Part shown: positions 1-9,318 of the stretch, one piece after another | Layout: each line of letters opens with the position of its first letter | Numbering within the stretch: the first letter of the stretch is position 1 | Origin: an uncultured Pseudomonadota bacterium | Lineage (GTDB): Bacteria; Myxococcota_A; Polyangia; Fen-1088 | Reading direction: 5' to 3' | NCBI GenBank assembly: GCA_963847705.1 | Contig: CAWKBC010000002.1 | Location: 1 to 57,673, forward strand | Length of the DNA stretch: 57,673 nucleotides | Made by a program: the position numbers and the translations under genes | Notes under the pieces: model-generated | Databases searched by the model: none | The model's input: the letters and a program-made list of their open reading frames with translations, nothing else | What the model was told of the DNA's origin: nothing

Positions 1-863
1 TCCGCCCGCACCGACAGCCAGACCACCCCCAGCCCGAGCGCGATGATCACCGTCGAGACCGGGACCAGCAGCATCCCCAGGATTCGCTCCGTCTCGGCCT
101 GCGCCCGCAGCTCGGCCACGTTGCGGGGCGTGATCTGGATGCGCCAGGCGTAGAGCGTCTTGCCGAACGACGCTTCGTACTGGAAGGGCGTCCGGGGCTG
201 GGGGTCGCCGTAGATCGCGCGCGCCACCTCGTCGAGGATGACCACCCGCCGCTTGCCGGTCACCACGTCCATCTCGTCGGGGATCCAGTCCTTGGCGATG
301 AGGGTCAGGTCCAGCTTGGCGGCGACGTAGTAGTCGTGACCGTCCGCCGTCTTCTTGGAGGCGTAGGCGATGAGCACCGATTTGCCCTCGAACAGCTGGT
401 GCAGGTGGCGGAAGTTTCCCGGCTGGTCGGGCGTCCAGGGCTGCAGCGACTTCCACTCCAGCCCCTTGACGTAGCTCTGCCAGCGGTCCATCTCGCGCCG
501 GCGGTGCGCCACGTCCGGCGTCGGGTAGAGCGACCGGATCTTCAGCCCCTCGTCGAGCAGCGCCACCGACGCGACCCCCTCGGGCAGATCGACGTGGGCC
601 GGCGGATCGCCCGAGGTGTCGGGCCACTCGGTCGCCTCGAACAGCTCGCCGTCGGCCTTGTCGATGCGGTCCTGCACCTGCTCCGTGAGCAGGTTGGCGA
701 GCTGCTGGTTCCCCTCCATCAGCGACGCCTTGCTCCGCACCGAGGCCGCCACCGCGTAACGGTAGCCGTAGTAGGCCAGCGCGATGGCCGCCCCCACGAT
801 GGCCGGGAAGACCACGGCGAGGATCACCGGAGCCAGCGAGATGCGTGCGCCTTGCCCGGACAT
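1..863 (-). CDS. Membrane sensor protein, probably a histidine kinase; N-terminal part only (runs off window)
   Basis: Read manually, not in ORF track: MSGQGARISLAPVILAVVFPAIVGAAIALAYYG (TM1), periplasmic region, then ILGMLLVPVSTVIIALGLGVVWLSVRA (TM2); open to position 1. Kinase core not visible. Confidence 0.65.
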   Translation of the reverse strand, partial: MSGQGARISLAPVILAVVFPAIVGAAIALAYYGYRYAVAASVRSKASLMEGNQQLANLLTEQVQDRIDKADGELFEATEWPDTSGDPPAHVDLPEGVASVALLDEGLKIRSLYPTPDVAHRRREMDRWQSYVKGLEWKSLQPWTPDQPGNFRHLHQLFEGKSVLIAYASKKTADGHDYYVAAKLDLTLIAKDWIPDEMDVVTGKRRVVILDEVARAIYGDPQPRTPFQYEASFGKTLYAWRIQITPRNVAELRAQAETERILGMLLVPVSTVIIALGLGVVWLSVRA

Positions 864-898
864 CGCGGATGGCTAAGGATTGCACGGAAACCAGCCCC

Positions 899-1225
899 AT
901 GGCCCAAATCGAGCGCCACTTTTTCGTCTGCGAGAACGCCCGCCCGGCCGGCGCCAAACCCTCCTGCGGTGCTCGAGGCTCGGGCGAGATCGCCACCGCT
1001 CTTCAGGAAGGGCTGGGGCGTCATCCCGAGCTGTGGGGGCGGGTGGCGGTCACCTCGACCGGCTGCCTCGGCCCCTGCTTCGAGGGACCGACCATCGTCG
1101 TCTATCCCGAGGCGGTCTGGTATGTCGGCGTCACCGCGGCGGACGTGCCGGAGATCGTCGAGCGTCACATGAGCGGCGGCCAACCCGTCGAGCGCCTGCG
1201 GCGCCAGGACCAAGACCAAGACTGA
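899..1225 (+). CDS. Thioredoxin-like [2Fe-2S] ferredoxin
   Basis: HFFVCENAR..SC..TGCLGPCFEGPTIVVYPEAVWY..V...DVPEIVERH motif. Confidence 0.9.
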   Translation: MAQIERHFFVCENARPAGAKPSCGARGSGEIATALQEGLGRHPELWGRVAVTSTGCLGPCFEGPTIVVYPEAVWYVGVTAADVPEIVERHMSGGQPVERLRRQDQDQD

Positions 1226-1261
1226 GACCATGATCTCGACGGAGGATGATAGCCTCCGAGC

Positions 1262-1663
1262 GTGGACGGCGATCAATCCGGCGATCAATCAATCCCGGGA
1301 GGCAAGCTGGAGTACGCAGTGCTCGCCGCCGTCTGGGACCTGGGCGTCGCCACGGCGCGCCAGGTCTACGATCGCGTCGGGCTCCCGCTGGGGCTGGTCT
1401 ACACCACCACCGCCCGCGTGCTCGATCGCCTGCAGGTCAAGGGGCTCGTCTCGCGCGACAAGGTCGGCAAGTCGTTCGCCTACCGCGCCCTGGTGGCCCG
1501 GCGCGAGATCGACAACGTCCGGATGTCGCGGGCCTTGTCGGGGTTCCTGGCGCAGGAGCCGCGGCCGGCGCTGGCCGCGCTGGTCGACGCCATCGAGGCG
1601 ATTGATCCCCAGCTGATCGACGAGCTGGCGCGCGCGGTCGAGGCGCGGAGGCGCTCGCGATGA
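1262..1663 (+). CDS. BlaI/MecI/CopY family transcriptional repressor
   Basis: LEYAVLAAVWDLG..TARQV...LVYTTTARVLDRLQVKGLVSRDKVGKSFAY winged helix. Confidence 0.9.
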   Translation: MDGDQSGDQSIPGGKLEYAVLAAVWDLGVATARQVYDRVGLPLGLVYTTTARVLDRLQVKGLVSRDKVGKSFAYRALVARREIDNVRMSRALSGFLAQEPRPALAALVDAIEAIDPQLIDELARAVEARRRSR

Positions 1664-2517
1664 ACCGCGATCTGGTCCTGGCCACGCTGATCGTCGCGCT
1701 GTGCGGCTCGGCGATCTGGTTGGCGGGCTGGTTGCCGGCGCGCGCGGGCGGCCCCACCGAGGAGAGCGGGCGCGCGGCCGAGCGCCGCAGCTGGCTCGCG
1801 CTCTGGCTGCCGCTCGTGCCGGCGGCGGTGGCGCTGGCGGCGCTGGCGGGCTGGGCGCTGCAGGAGCCCCGCCTCACCGACGAGATCCTGCGTCCGCTCA
1901 CGCCGCTCTTCGTCGCGCCGATCGCGGCGCTCTGGCTCCGCGCCGCCTGGCGCGCCGGCCGCGCCCTGGCCCGCCCGCGCGTCCGGCCCCTGGCGGCCAC
2001 GCTCGGCCTCTGGCGACCGCGCATCGCCATCGACGAACGGCTGTCGCGCGATCTCGATGCCACCGCGCGCGCGGCCGTGCTGGCGCACGAACGCGCGCAC
2101 TGCCGGCACCGCGATCCGTTGCGGATCTGGCTGGCCCAGATCGCCTCCGATCTCCAGTGGCCGAGCCCCCGCGCCGCCGGCCGCTTCGAGCGCTGGCGGC
2201 AGGCGCTGGAGCTGGCCCGCGACGAAGAGGCCCGCGACGGCGGGATCGACGGCGGGGATCTGGCGGCGGCGCTGCTCGGCGCCGTTCGCCTGGCGCAGCG
2301 GCCCCTGGTCTCCCCGGCCGCCGCGCTCGTCGACGGCGCGCAGGCGCTCGTCCTGCGCGTCAATCGCTTGCTCGCGCCGTTGCGCGCGGCGCCCGCGCGC
2401 CCCTGGGGGGCCCGCCTGGCGCTGGCCGGATCGCTGGCGCTCCTCGCCGCGGCGACGATCTTCGGCGTCGGGCACGGCGATCTGCTGGTGCGCGCGCTGC
2501 CCATCGTCGGCGGCTGA
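1660..2517 (+). CDS. M56 family (BlaR1-like) membrane metallopeptidase without a penicillin-binding sensor domain
   Basis: TM segments, AVLAHERAH..HRD (HExxH), ARDEEA; ATGA overlap with the blaI-like gene. Confidence 0.85.
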   Translation: MNRDLVLATLIVALCGSAIWLAGWLPARAGGPTEESGRAAERRSWLALWLPLVPAAVALAALAGWALQEPRLTDEILRPLTPLFVAPIAALWLRAAWRAGRALARPRVRPLAATLGLWRPRIAIDERLSRDLDATARAAVLAHERAHCRHRDPLRIWLAQIASDLQWPSPRAAGRFERWRQALELARDEEARDGGIDGGDLAAALLGAVRLAQRPLVSPAAALVDGAQALVLRVNRLLAPLRAAPARPWGARLALAGSLALLAAATIFGVGHGDLLVRALPIVGG

Positions 2518-2610
2518 GGCGCGGCGGCGGCTGAGGCGCATCGGCGGCTGAGGCGCGGCGGCGGCTGAGGCGCGGCGGCGGCTGAGGCGCGGCGGCGGCT
2601 GAGGCGCGGC
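2509..2610. repeat. 17-bp tandem repeat (GGCGGCTGAGGCGCGGC) x6
   Basis: Six consecutive units, one with a variant end (GCATC); the first unit contains the M56 stop codon. Confidence 0.95.
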
Positions 2611-2654
2611 GGCGGTCAGCGCGGACTGAGTCGCTGGCGCGGCCCCGGTGAATG

Positions 2655-3308
2655 CTAGAGCTTTGCGGGTTCCGACTCGACCGGACCGTACGACAGCCGG
2701 TGCACCCGCACCCGCCTTGGCGGCGGCGGCGGGAAGGCCAGCGCCTCGTCCTCGTCGGACCCGAGCTCGGCCGGGGACTTGGCGGCCTCCGGCTTGACCC
2801 GCTTCTTGCCGGAAGCGGGGATCGCAGCGAGCGTCGTCGCCGGCGCGGCCGCACCCGACGGCAAGCGCGCTGCTTGCCTCGTGGCGGGAGTCGGCGCCAC
2901 GGCAGGAGGCTTGGCGGCGGGGCCGGCCCCGCGCGCCACCACCGGTGACGCCTGGACAACCGGCGCTGGCGCCAGGATCGCGGCAGACCCGGGTCCCGAA
3001 GGCACCCTGGCCGGGCTGGCTGCCGGCGGCGGCGCGGATTGGGAGGCGACCGCGGCCGTCGCTGGCACCGGCGCGGGGGCCGGGCGGTCGCGCGTGACGA
3101 GCAGGAGCAGCAGCGCCAGGCCGGCCACCCCGCCGCCGGCCAGCGCCGCGTTCCGCCAGCGGTCGTGGTGGCGCTGGCGCGCCACCCGCTCGGTCCGGAC
3201 GCCGCTGGTGGTCATCCGCGAACCCCGGGCGCCGAGCTCGATCCGAACGGCGCGCAGCTCGTCTCGAATCTCCTTCAGGACCTCGACGAGCTGGTCGGAT
3301 TCGGCCAT
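2655..3308 (-). CDS. Single-pass membrane protein: N-terminal coiled coil, Pro/Ala linker, C-terminus ESEPAKL
   Basis: LVEVLKEIRDELRAVRIEL heptads; TM GVAGLALLLLLV; SD-like GAGGAG upstream. Confidence 0.75.
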   Translation of the reverse strand: MAESDQLVEVLKEIRDELRAVRIELGARGSRMTTSGVRTERVARQRHHDRWRNAALAGGGVAGLALLLLLVTRDRPAPAPVPATAAVASQSAPPPAASPARVPSGPGSAAILAPAPVVQASPVVARGAGPAAKPPAVAPTPATRQAARLPSGAAAPATTLAAIPASGKKRVKPEAAKSPAELGSDEDEALAFPPPPPRRVRVHRLSYGPVESEPAKL

Positions 3309-3318
3309 CGCACTCTCC

Positions 3319-4938
3319 TCAGAGCTTCGCGGGCTCGGAGTCGCCGCCCGACGGGGCGTGCGGCTTGTGCACGTGCGCCGGCTTGACCTGTTTGTGCTCC
3401 AGCGTCAGCTCGATCGTCTGATCGTCGTCGAGCGAGATCGCGTGCGCGTTGGGCGTGTAGCCCTCCTTCTCGAGGCGCACCTTGAACGCGCCCCCGTGCG
3501 GCCGGGTCAAGACCAGCGGCGTCACGCCGAGAACGCCGCCGCTCGCGTCGTCGAGCACATTGGCCCCTGCCGGATCGGACTCGACCCGCACGGTGACCGT
3601 CTTTGGGACGGCGGGCGGCGCGGGAATCGGAGCCGGAGGCGGCGTGGGCGTCTCGACCTTGGGCGCGGTCGTCTCGACCTTGGGCGCGGTCGTCGTGGCA
3701 GGCGTCGCGGGCACACTGGGCGTGGAGGCAATCTCGCGCTCCACAGCGACCTTCTCGCCATCCCGGAAAATGAAAACGCCCACGCCAACCGCGGCTGCGG
3801 CCGCGACGACGAACACGAGCGCGGCCTTCCCCTTCTTGGGGCTCTGCGGACTGCCGGATTGGGAGCCGCCGACCCGCTCGCCCACGCCGGTCGAGAACGT
3901 CGTGTCGTGCAGCTTCGGATTGCTGACGGAGCCGGCGCCCACCTTGCTGGGCGAGCCGACATTCCCCACCTGGCCGACATTCCCGCTCTGGCCGACATTT
4001 CCGACACTGCCGACCTGGCCGGGGTTGCTCGACGAGCCTGTCTTGCTGGCGATCTCGGGGGACGAAGACTGCGCGCTGCGCACCACGAACATCGACCCGC
4101 CCGAGGACTTGAGCGCCGTCATCAGCGTGCCCATGTCGGGGAAGCGATCGTCCGGATTCTTCGACAACATCTTCAGAACGATGGCGTCGATCGTCGGCGA
4201 GACCTTGGCGTTCTGGGTCGACGGCGCCGGCGGGGCGACGTTGAGGTGCATGTTGACCAGCTCACCGAACCCCTCCGAGACGAACGGCGGCTGCCCGCAC
4301 AGCATCTCGAAGAAGATGATCCCCAGCGAATAGATGTCGCTGCGGTGATCCACTGTCTTCGTCCCGCGGCACTGCTCGGGCGACATGTAGATCGGCGTCC
4401 CCATCAGGGTGCCGGTCCGCGTCTTGACCGAGTCGTTGGCGCTCTGCTGGAGCTTGGCGATCCCGAAGTCGAGCACCTTGATCCGCTCGCGCTCGGGCTC
4501 GTGGGGATCCGGCACGACGAAGAGGTTGTCCGGCTTCAGGTCGCGGTGAACGATCCCCTTCTTGTGCGCCGCCCCCAGCGCCGAGGCGGTCTGGTAGCAG
4601 AACTCGACCGCGGTCTGGATCGGCAGCGCCCCGTCGCGGCGGATGCGGGTCCCCAGGCTCTCCCCCTCCAGCAGCTCCATGACCAGGAACGGCGTGCCGT
4701 CGGCGATGGTCCCCGAGTCGAGGATCTCGATGATGTTGGGGTGGCGGATGGCGTTGGCGGCGCGCGCTTCGTTGAGGAACCGGGTCAGCAGGTTCTCGTC
4801 GCGGATGTAGTTCTTGTGCAGAACCTTGACCGCGACGCGGCGGCCGATGGCGGGGTGCTCCGCCAGGTAGACCGCCCCCATTCCGCCCTCCCCCAGCAGC
4901 GAAATCGCGCGGTAGTTCCCGAATTGCTGGCCGATCAT
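3319..4938 (-). CDS. Transmembrane Ser/Thr protein kinase with C-terminal PEGA-like domain
   Basis: LGEGGMGAVY, VAVK, HRDLKPDN, DFG, GTPIYMSPEQ; TM ALVFVVAAAAAVGVGVFIF; VESDPAGANV..LGVTP..VRLEKEGY. Confidence 0.95.
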   Translation of the reverse strand: MIGQQFGNYRAISLLGEGGMGAVYLAEHPAIGRRVAVKVLHKNYIRDENLLTRFLNEARAANAIRHPNIIEILDSGTIADGTPFLVMELLEGESLGTRIRRDGALPIQTAVEFCYQTASALGAAHKKGIVHRDLKPDNLFVVPDPHEPERERIKVLDFGIAKLQQSANDSVKTRTGTLMGTPIYMSPEQCRGTKTVDHRSDIYSLGIIFFEMLCGQPPFVSEGFGELVNMHLNVAPPAPSTQNAKVSPTIDAIVLKMLSKNPDDRFPDMGTLMTALKSSGGSMFVVRSAQSSSPEIASKTGSSSNPGQVGSVGNVGQSGNVGQVGNVGSPSKVGAGSVSNPKLHDTTFSTGVGERVGGSQSGSPQSPKKGKAALVFVVAAAAAVGVGVFIFRDGEKVAVEREIASTPSVPATPATTTAPKVETTAPKVETPTPPPAPIPAPPAVPKTVTVRVESDPAGANVLDDASGGVLGVTPLVLTRPHGGAFKVRLEKEGYTPNAHAISLDDDQTIELTLEHKQVKPAHVHKPHAPSGGDSEPAKL

Positions 4939-5486
4939 GAGCCCCCCTGATGGTAACCGACCCTGGCAGTGGCAGTCGGAGTTTTTGTGACGGGCTTGGC
5001 GCCCGTTTTGTTGCCTGTCGAGGGGGCCGGTTTGCGCAGGAGAATCTCCGTCCGGCCCTCGCGAACCAGATCGGGCAGGCGACCCACGCGTGAAAATCCC
5101 AACTTGCGATAGAAACGCAGCGCCGCGGCGTTGTTCCCGTCGCACGAGACATAGAGCCACCGGCGCGTCGCGAAGGTGCGCGCCGCGACCCGCTCGACCA
5201 GGGCGCGCCCCAGGCCCTGCCCACTCGATTCGGGCCGGACGGCCAGGAGCGCAATGAACCCGCCCAGCAGGACCCCGTCGTCGACCACCACGATTCCGAG
5301 CGGGGGACCCTTCGCCGTCAGGCGAGCGACCCATACACCGCCGGTCCGGGCCTTGCGGGCCAGGTAACGTCCGAGCGCGTCGGCGCGGTAGCCGAGCCCG
5401 CGCCAGGGCTCGAGCGCGGCGATCCAGGCCCCCTGAGCGCGGGCGACGGCGGGCACGGGACGGGTGAGGCGCAGACCTGCCGCCAT
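4935..5486 (-). CDS. GNAT family N-acetyltransferase
   Basis: LAVRPESSGQGLGRAL motif A; NAAALRFYRKLGF. Confidence 0.9.
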   Translation of the reverse strand: MAAGLRLTRPVPAVARAQGAWIAALEPWRGLGYRADALGRYLARKARTGGVWVARLTAKGPPLGIVVVDDGVLLGGFIALLAVRPESSGQGLGRALVERVAARTFATRRWLYVSCDGNNAAALRFYRKLGFSRVGRLPDLVREGRTEILLRKPAPSTGNKTGAKPVTKTPTATARVGYHQGGS

Positions 5487-5489
5487 GCC

Positions 5490-6309
5490 CTAGGGCACCG
5501 CGCGGGTGGGCGCCGGCAGGCCGCTCCGCTGCGCCTCGACGGCCGTGCCCGCCGTGGTGCCTGGGGGCGCTCCGGCGAGGACGCCTCCGGGCGGGGCCCC
5601 CCGCATCAGCTCCGAGAGAGAGACGAAGCGGAAGCCGCGCTCGCGCAGGCCGCTCAGGATCGCCGGCAGCGCCTCGTGCGTCTTCCAGCCGCGTCCGTTG
5701 ATGTGGAAGATGATGATCGATCCGGTGCGGGCGTGGCCCACCACCGCGCGAATCATGTTGGCGGTGGTGGTCTTGGCGCTCGGATCGCCCGACACCACGT
5801 CCCAGGTGACCGTGGGCAGGTTCCTTCCGTGGACGATCTCGATGACCCGGCGGTTCCACTCGCCGAACGGCGGGCGAAAGGCGACCGAGCGCCGGCCGTA
5901 CCGCCCGAGCGCCGCCTCGGTCTGGTCAATCTCCTCGCCCACGCGCCCGGCCGGAAGCTGGGTCATGTGGGGGTGGTCGTACGAGTGGTCGCCGAACTCG
6001 ATCAGGGGATCGCCGGTCAGGTCGCCCATCGCCTCGGGGTGGGTGTCGACCCAGCGGCCGGAGACGAAGATGGTCGCCGGCACCTGCTCGCGCTTGAGGA
6101 TGTCGAACACGTCGCGATCGAACCCGTACCAGCCCTTCTTGGTGGCACAGGCGTCGAAGGTGATGGCCACCGCCGGCTCCTGCGTGGTCACCCGCGGAGA
6201 TCGGCCGCGACAGCGGGGGCGGCGCCCCCGGAGGCGGCAGCGGCGCCGCGGGCAGTCCCGGGCCCCGAAGCGCCAGCCAGAGAAGAAAGAGTGAGGACGG
6301 CGTCAGCAT
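5490..6309 (-). CDS. Exported polysaccharide deacetylase (CE4); 1-bp frameshift near 6194
   Basis: VAITFDAC, HSYDHP, FRPPFG, IIIFH; signal/Pro-rich N-terminus MLTPSSLFLLWLAL lies in another frame and joins on removing one base in atctccgcgggtg. Confidence 0.8.
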
Positions 6310-6779
6310 CAGGTCAGGTCCAGCAGCATGACGATGGCGTCTTCTTGGTCCTCGGCGTAGTAGTTCGGGCGAACGCCCACCGGCCTGAAGGCGAACCGGC
6401 GATAGAGCCGCAGCGCGGCGGCGTTCGAGCGCCGCACCTCGAGCGTGACGATCCGGCAGCCGTGCTGGCGCCCGAACTCGAGGATGTGGGCCAGCAGCCG
6501 CGAGGCGTGCCCGGCGCGCCGGGCCAGCGGGTGCGTGGCCAGGTTGAGCAGGTGGATCTCGTCGGCCACCAGCCAGTAGTTGCCGAATGCGACCAGGAAC
6601 CCCTCGGCGGCGTCGCGCACCACGTCGACGTGCGCCCAGTCGCGGACCATCTCTTCCGAGAAGACCTGCGCCGACCAGGGGGCCCTGAAAGAGACCCGCT
6701 CGATCTCCATGACCGCGTCGATGTCGCCAGGGCGCATCCGCTCGATCAGGAACGCCTGTGGGGCCTTGCTGACCGCCAT
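6309..6779 (-). CDS. rimI: Ribosomal protein S18-alanine N-acetyltransferase
   Basis: IERVSFRAPWS, DEIHLLNLA, TLEVRRSN..ALRLY, RPNYY..EDAIVM. Confidence 0.92.
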   Translation of the reverse strand: MAVSKAPQAFLIERMRPGDIDAVMEIERVSFRAPWSAQVFSEEMVRDWAHVDVVRDAAEGFLVAFGNYWLVADEIHLLNLATHPLARRAGHASRLLAHILEFGRQHGCRIVTLEVRRSNAAALRLYRRFAFRPVGVRPNYYAEDQEDAIVMLLDLT

Positions 6780-7429
6780 CAGGGGACCTCGACGCCGGCC
6801 GGGCTGGCTTCGTTCACGACAGAGACGGCCTCGAAGATGGCGCCCCAGAGGGCGGCCACCCCTTCGCCGCTCTCGGCGGAGACCAGGATCGGCGCGCGGC
6901 GCCCGAACGATTTGCGGCTCTGTTCCTTGAGAAGCCCCCGCTCGGTCGCCGAGAGCTTGTCGACCTTGGTGTAGACCACCTGCGCCGGAACGTGCTCCGT
7001 TCCCAGCCACTCGTAGAGCTGCCGCTCCTCGCCCTCGAGGCCGCGACGGGCGTCGACCAGGATCACGAACAGCGCCAGCGACTTGCGGCGGCGCGTGTAC
7101 CCCTCGATGAGCGGCTGCCAGGAGTTGCGCTCGGTGCGGGCGACCTTGGCGTAGCCGTAGCCCGGCAGATCGATGAGGCGGAGATCGGCGAGCGGCGCGC
7201 CCTTGCCGAGCCGCAGCGAGAACATCACCAGCCCCCGCGTCCGCCCCGGCGTCTTCGAGGTGCGCGCCAGCCCTTTGCGTCCGGCCAGCCGGTTGAGCAG
7301 CGTCGACTTGCCGACGTTCGACCGGCCGGCGATGGCGATCTCGGGCGCGGCGTCGGCCGGCAGACCGCCGAGATCGCGCGCCTCGGCGATGAAGACGGCC
7401 TCGGTCACCTCGGGAATCGTGAATGGCAC
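6779..7429 (-). CDS. engB: Ribosome biogenesis GTPase YihA/YsxC
   Basis: GRSNVGKS, SKTPGRT, DLPGYGYA, TKVDK. Confidence 0.95.
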   Translation of the reverse strand: MPFTIPEVTEAVFIAEARDLGGLPADAAPEIAIAGRSNVGKSTLLNRLAGRKGLARTSKTPGRTRGLVMFSLRLGKGAPLADLRLIDLPGYGYAKVARTERNSWQPLIEGYTRRRKSLALFVILVDARRGLEGEERQLYEWLGTEHVPAQVVYTKVDKLSATERGLLKEQSRKSFGRRAPILVSAESGEGVAALWGAIFEAVSVVNEASPAGVEVP

Positions 7430-7455
7430 TCCCTCCTAGGGTAGCATTGGCCGTC

Positions 7456-8070
7456 GTGGCGCGCGCTCAGCCGGGCGGTCTCAGGGTCTTCGGCCTCACC
7501 GGCGGGATCGGGTCGGGAAAGTCGACCGTGGCTCAGCTGATGGCGGCGCGCGGCGTGGCGGTGGTCGACGCCGACGCGCTGGCCCGCGAGGTGGTGGCCC
7601 CGGGCGGCCCGGCTCACGGCGACGTCGCGGCGGCCTGGCCCGAGGTGATCGCCGCCGATGGCGCGGTCGACCGCAAGCGGCTGGGTGCCATCGTCTTCGG
7701 CGATCCGGCGGCGCGGGCACGGCTGGAGGCGATCACGCACCCCCGGATTGCCGCCGCCGCCGACGCGCGGCTGGCGGCGCTGGCCAGCGAGGGGCATCGG
7801 CTGGCGCTCTACGAGGCGACGCTGCTGGTGGAGAGCGGCCGCTGGCGCGAGTTCGACGGCCTCATCGTGGTGACCGCCTCGACCGAGACGCAGATCGCCC
7901 GGGCGATGGCGCGGGACGGGCTCAGCCGTGCGCAGGCCGAGGCGCGGGTGCGCGCGCAGCTGCCGACCGAGGAGAAGGTCCGCGTCGCCTCCCACGTCAT
8001 CGACAACGACGGGGCCCGCACCGCGACCGAAGCGCAGGTCGAGGCGCTGCTGGCCAGGCTACGAAGATAG
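7456..8070 (+). CDS. coaE: Dephospho-CoA kinase
   Basis: GLTGGIGSGKSTV, DADALAREVV, DRKRLGAIVF, LEAITHP, IDNDG; start GTG 7456 chosen to avoid overlap with engB. Confidence 0.92.
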   Translation: MARAQPGGLRVFGLTGGIGSGKSTVAQLMAARGVAVVDADALAREVVAPGGPAHGDVAAAWPEVIAADGAVDRKRLGAIVFGDPAARARLEAITHPRIAAAADARLAALASEGHRLALYEATLLVESGRWREFDGLIVVTASTETQIARAMARDGLSRAQAEARVRAQLPTEEKVRVASHVIDNDGARTATEAQVEALLARLRR

Positions 8071-9273
8071 GTCGGGGACCGGATAGCCGCGCCCTGGCCG
8101 GGCGAACAGGTAGCCCTGGCAGAGATCGCCACCGAGCGAGATCAGCGAGTCCCGCTCGGCCGGCGTCTCGATCCCCTCCGCCACCAGCTCGATGCGGAGC
8201 TCGGTGCAGAGCGCGACGATCGACCGGACCAGCTTCTGCTTGACGGGCGAGCTGTCGATCCCGCGGATGAGCGACATGTCGACCTTGACCACCTCTGGTT
8301 CGAGCTGGGCGAAGCTGGTGAGGCCGGCGTAGCCGGCGCCGAGATCGTCGATGGCGATCCGGTAGCCGAGCGCGCGCAGGCGCTTCACCCGCGACTGCAG
8401 CTCGTGGATCCGATCGAGCGCGGCCCGCTCGGTGATCTCCAGGACCACGTTGCTGGCGAAGGGCGTCAGCGCCCCGTCGTCGGCGTAGAGCTCCTCGTCC
8501 TCCAGATCGGCCGGGTGCAGGTTGACGAACAGGTTGGCCGGAGCCGGCGTCTGGTGCAGGTGCCGCGCCACGTGCTGGCGGATGATCCGCCCGAGCTCGG
8601 CGGCCTTGCCCAGCCGCTCGGCCGCGTCGAAGAAGTCGAGCGGGCTGCGCAGCGTCGGCTCGTCGGTGCGGAGCAGCGTCTCGTAGGCGACCGTGCGGCG
8701 CCCCGCCCAGGAGACGATCGGCTGGGCGGCCACCCAGAGCTTCTCGACGCCGGAGGCGAAGCGCGCTTCGAGACCCGCCCGATCGCCGATCTGTTTCCCG
8801 TCGAGCTCATGCATCAAGGCCGCCTCGCGCCGGACGCGGGCCAGCTTGTGAACGCCCACCGCCCGCGCCACCGCCTCCATCATCGCGTCGTGCCCGACCG
8901 GTTTGACCAGGTAGCGAAAGGCGCCGTACTCGATGGCGGCCAGCGCGCTCTCCAGCGCCGGGCTGCCGGTCATGAAGATCATCGGGACGTCGAGGTCGGT
9001 CTCCCGGACGGCGCGCAGGAGCGCCAGCCCGTCCATGTCGGGCATGGCGATGTCGCTGATGATGGCGTCGAAGCGGTGCCCCTTGGCCAGCACCGCCGCC
9101 TCACGCCCGTCGTGCGCGACGCTGACCTTGTAGCCAGCCGCGACCAGCGCGCGGGCGTAGCCCCGGGCGGTGACCGGCTCGTCGTCGACGACCAGCACCT
9201 CCGCAGGGACAGGGTTTGCGTTTGCGGCGGCCCCGTGGCCGTTCATCTCGGCCACGGTCACTTTGCCCTGCAT
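8059..9273 (-). CDS. Response regulator receiver-EAL c-di-GMP phosphodiesterase
   Basis: VLVVDDE..SDIAMPDMDG..KP; YETLLR, FVNL, LEITER, IDDLGAGYAGL, KVD, AEGIE, QGYLF. Confidence 0.93.
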   Translation of the reverse strand: MQGKVTVAEMNGHGAAANANPVPAEVLVVDDEPVTARGYARALVAAGYKVSVAHDGREAAVLAKGHRFDAIISDIAMPDMDGLALLRAVRETDLDVPMIFMTGSPALESALAAIEYGAFRYLVKPVGHDAMMEAVARAVGVHKLARVRREAALMHELDGKQIGDRAGLEARFASGVEKLWVAAQPIVSWAGRRTVAYETLLRTDEPTLRSPLDFFDAAERLGKAAELGRIIRQHVARHLHQTPAPANLFVNLHPADLEDEELYADDGALTPFASNVVLEITERAALDRIHELQSRVKRLRALGYRIAIDDLGAGYAGLTSFAQLEPEVVKVDMSLIRGIDSSPVKQKLVRSIVALCTELRIELVAEGIETPAERDSLISLGGDLCQGYLFARPGRGYPVPDLSS

Positions 9274-9318
9274 CCCCCAGGTAATCGGCAGCGGGAGGTC
9301 GCGGCTTGAGAGTCCAAA

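Noticed and set aside
870-884. Sigma54 promoter before the ferredoxin (TGGCTAAGGATTGCA)
   Set aside because: GG-to-GC spacing is 9, not the required 10
2509-2615. CRISPR array
   Set aside because: 17-bp units are contiguous with no spacers, and no cas genes are present
8059-9273. Degenerate EAL domain (ETL)
   Set aside because: The Glu and the other metal-binding and catalytic motifs are present; ExL variation is normal
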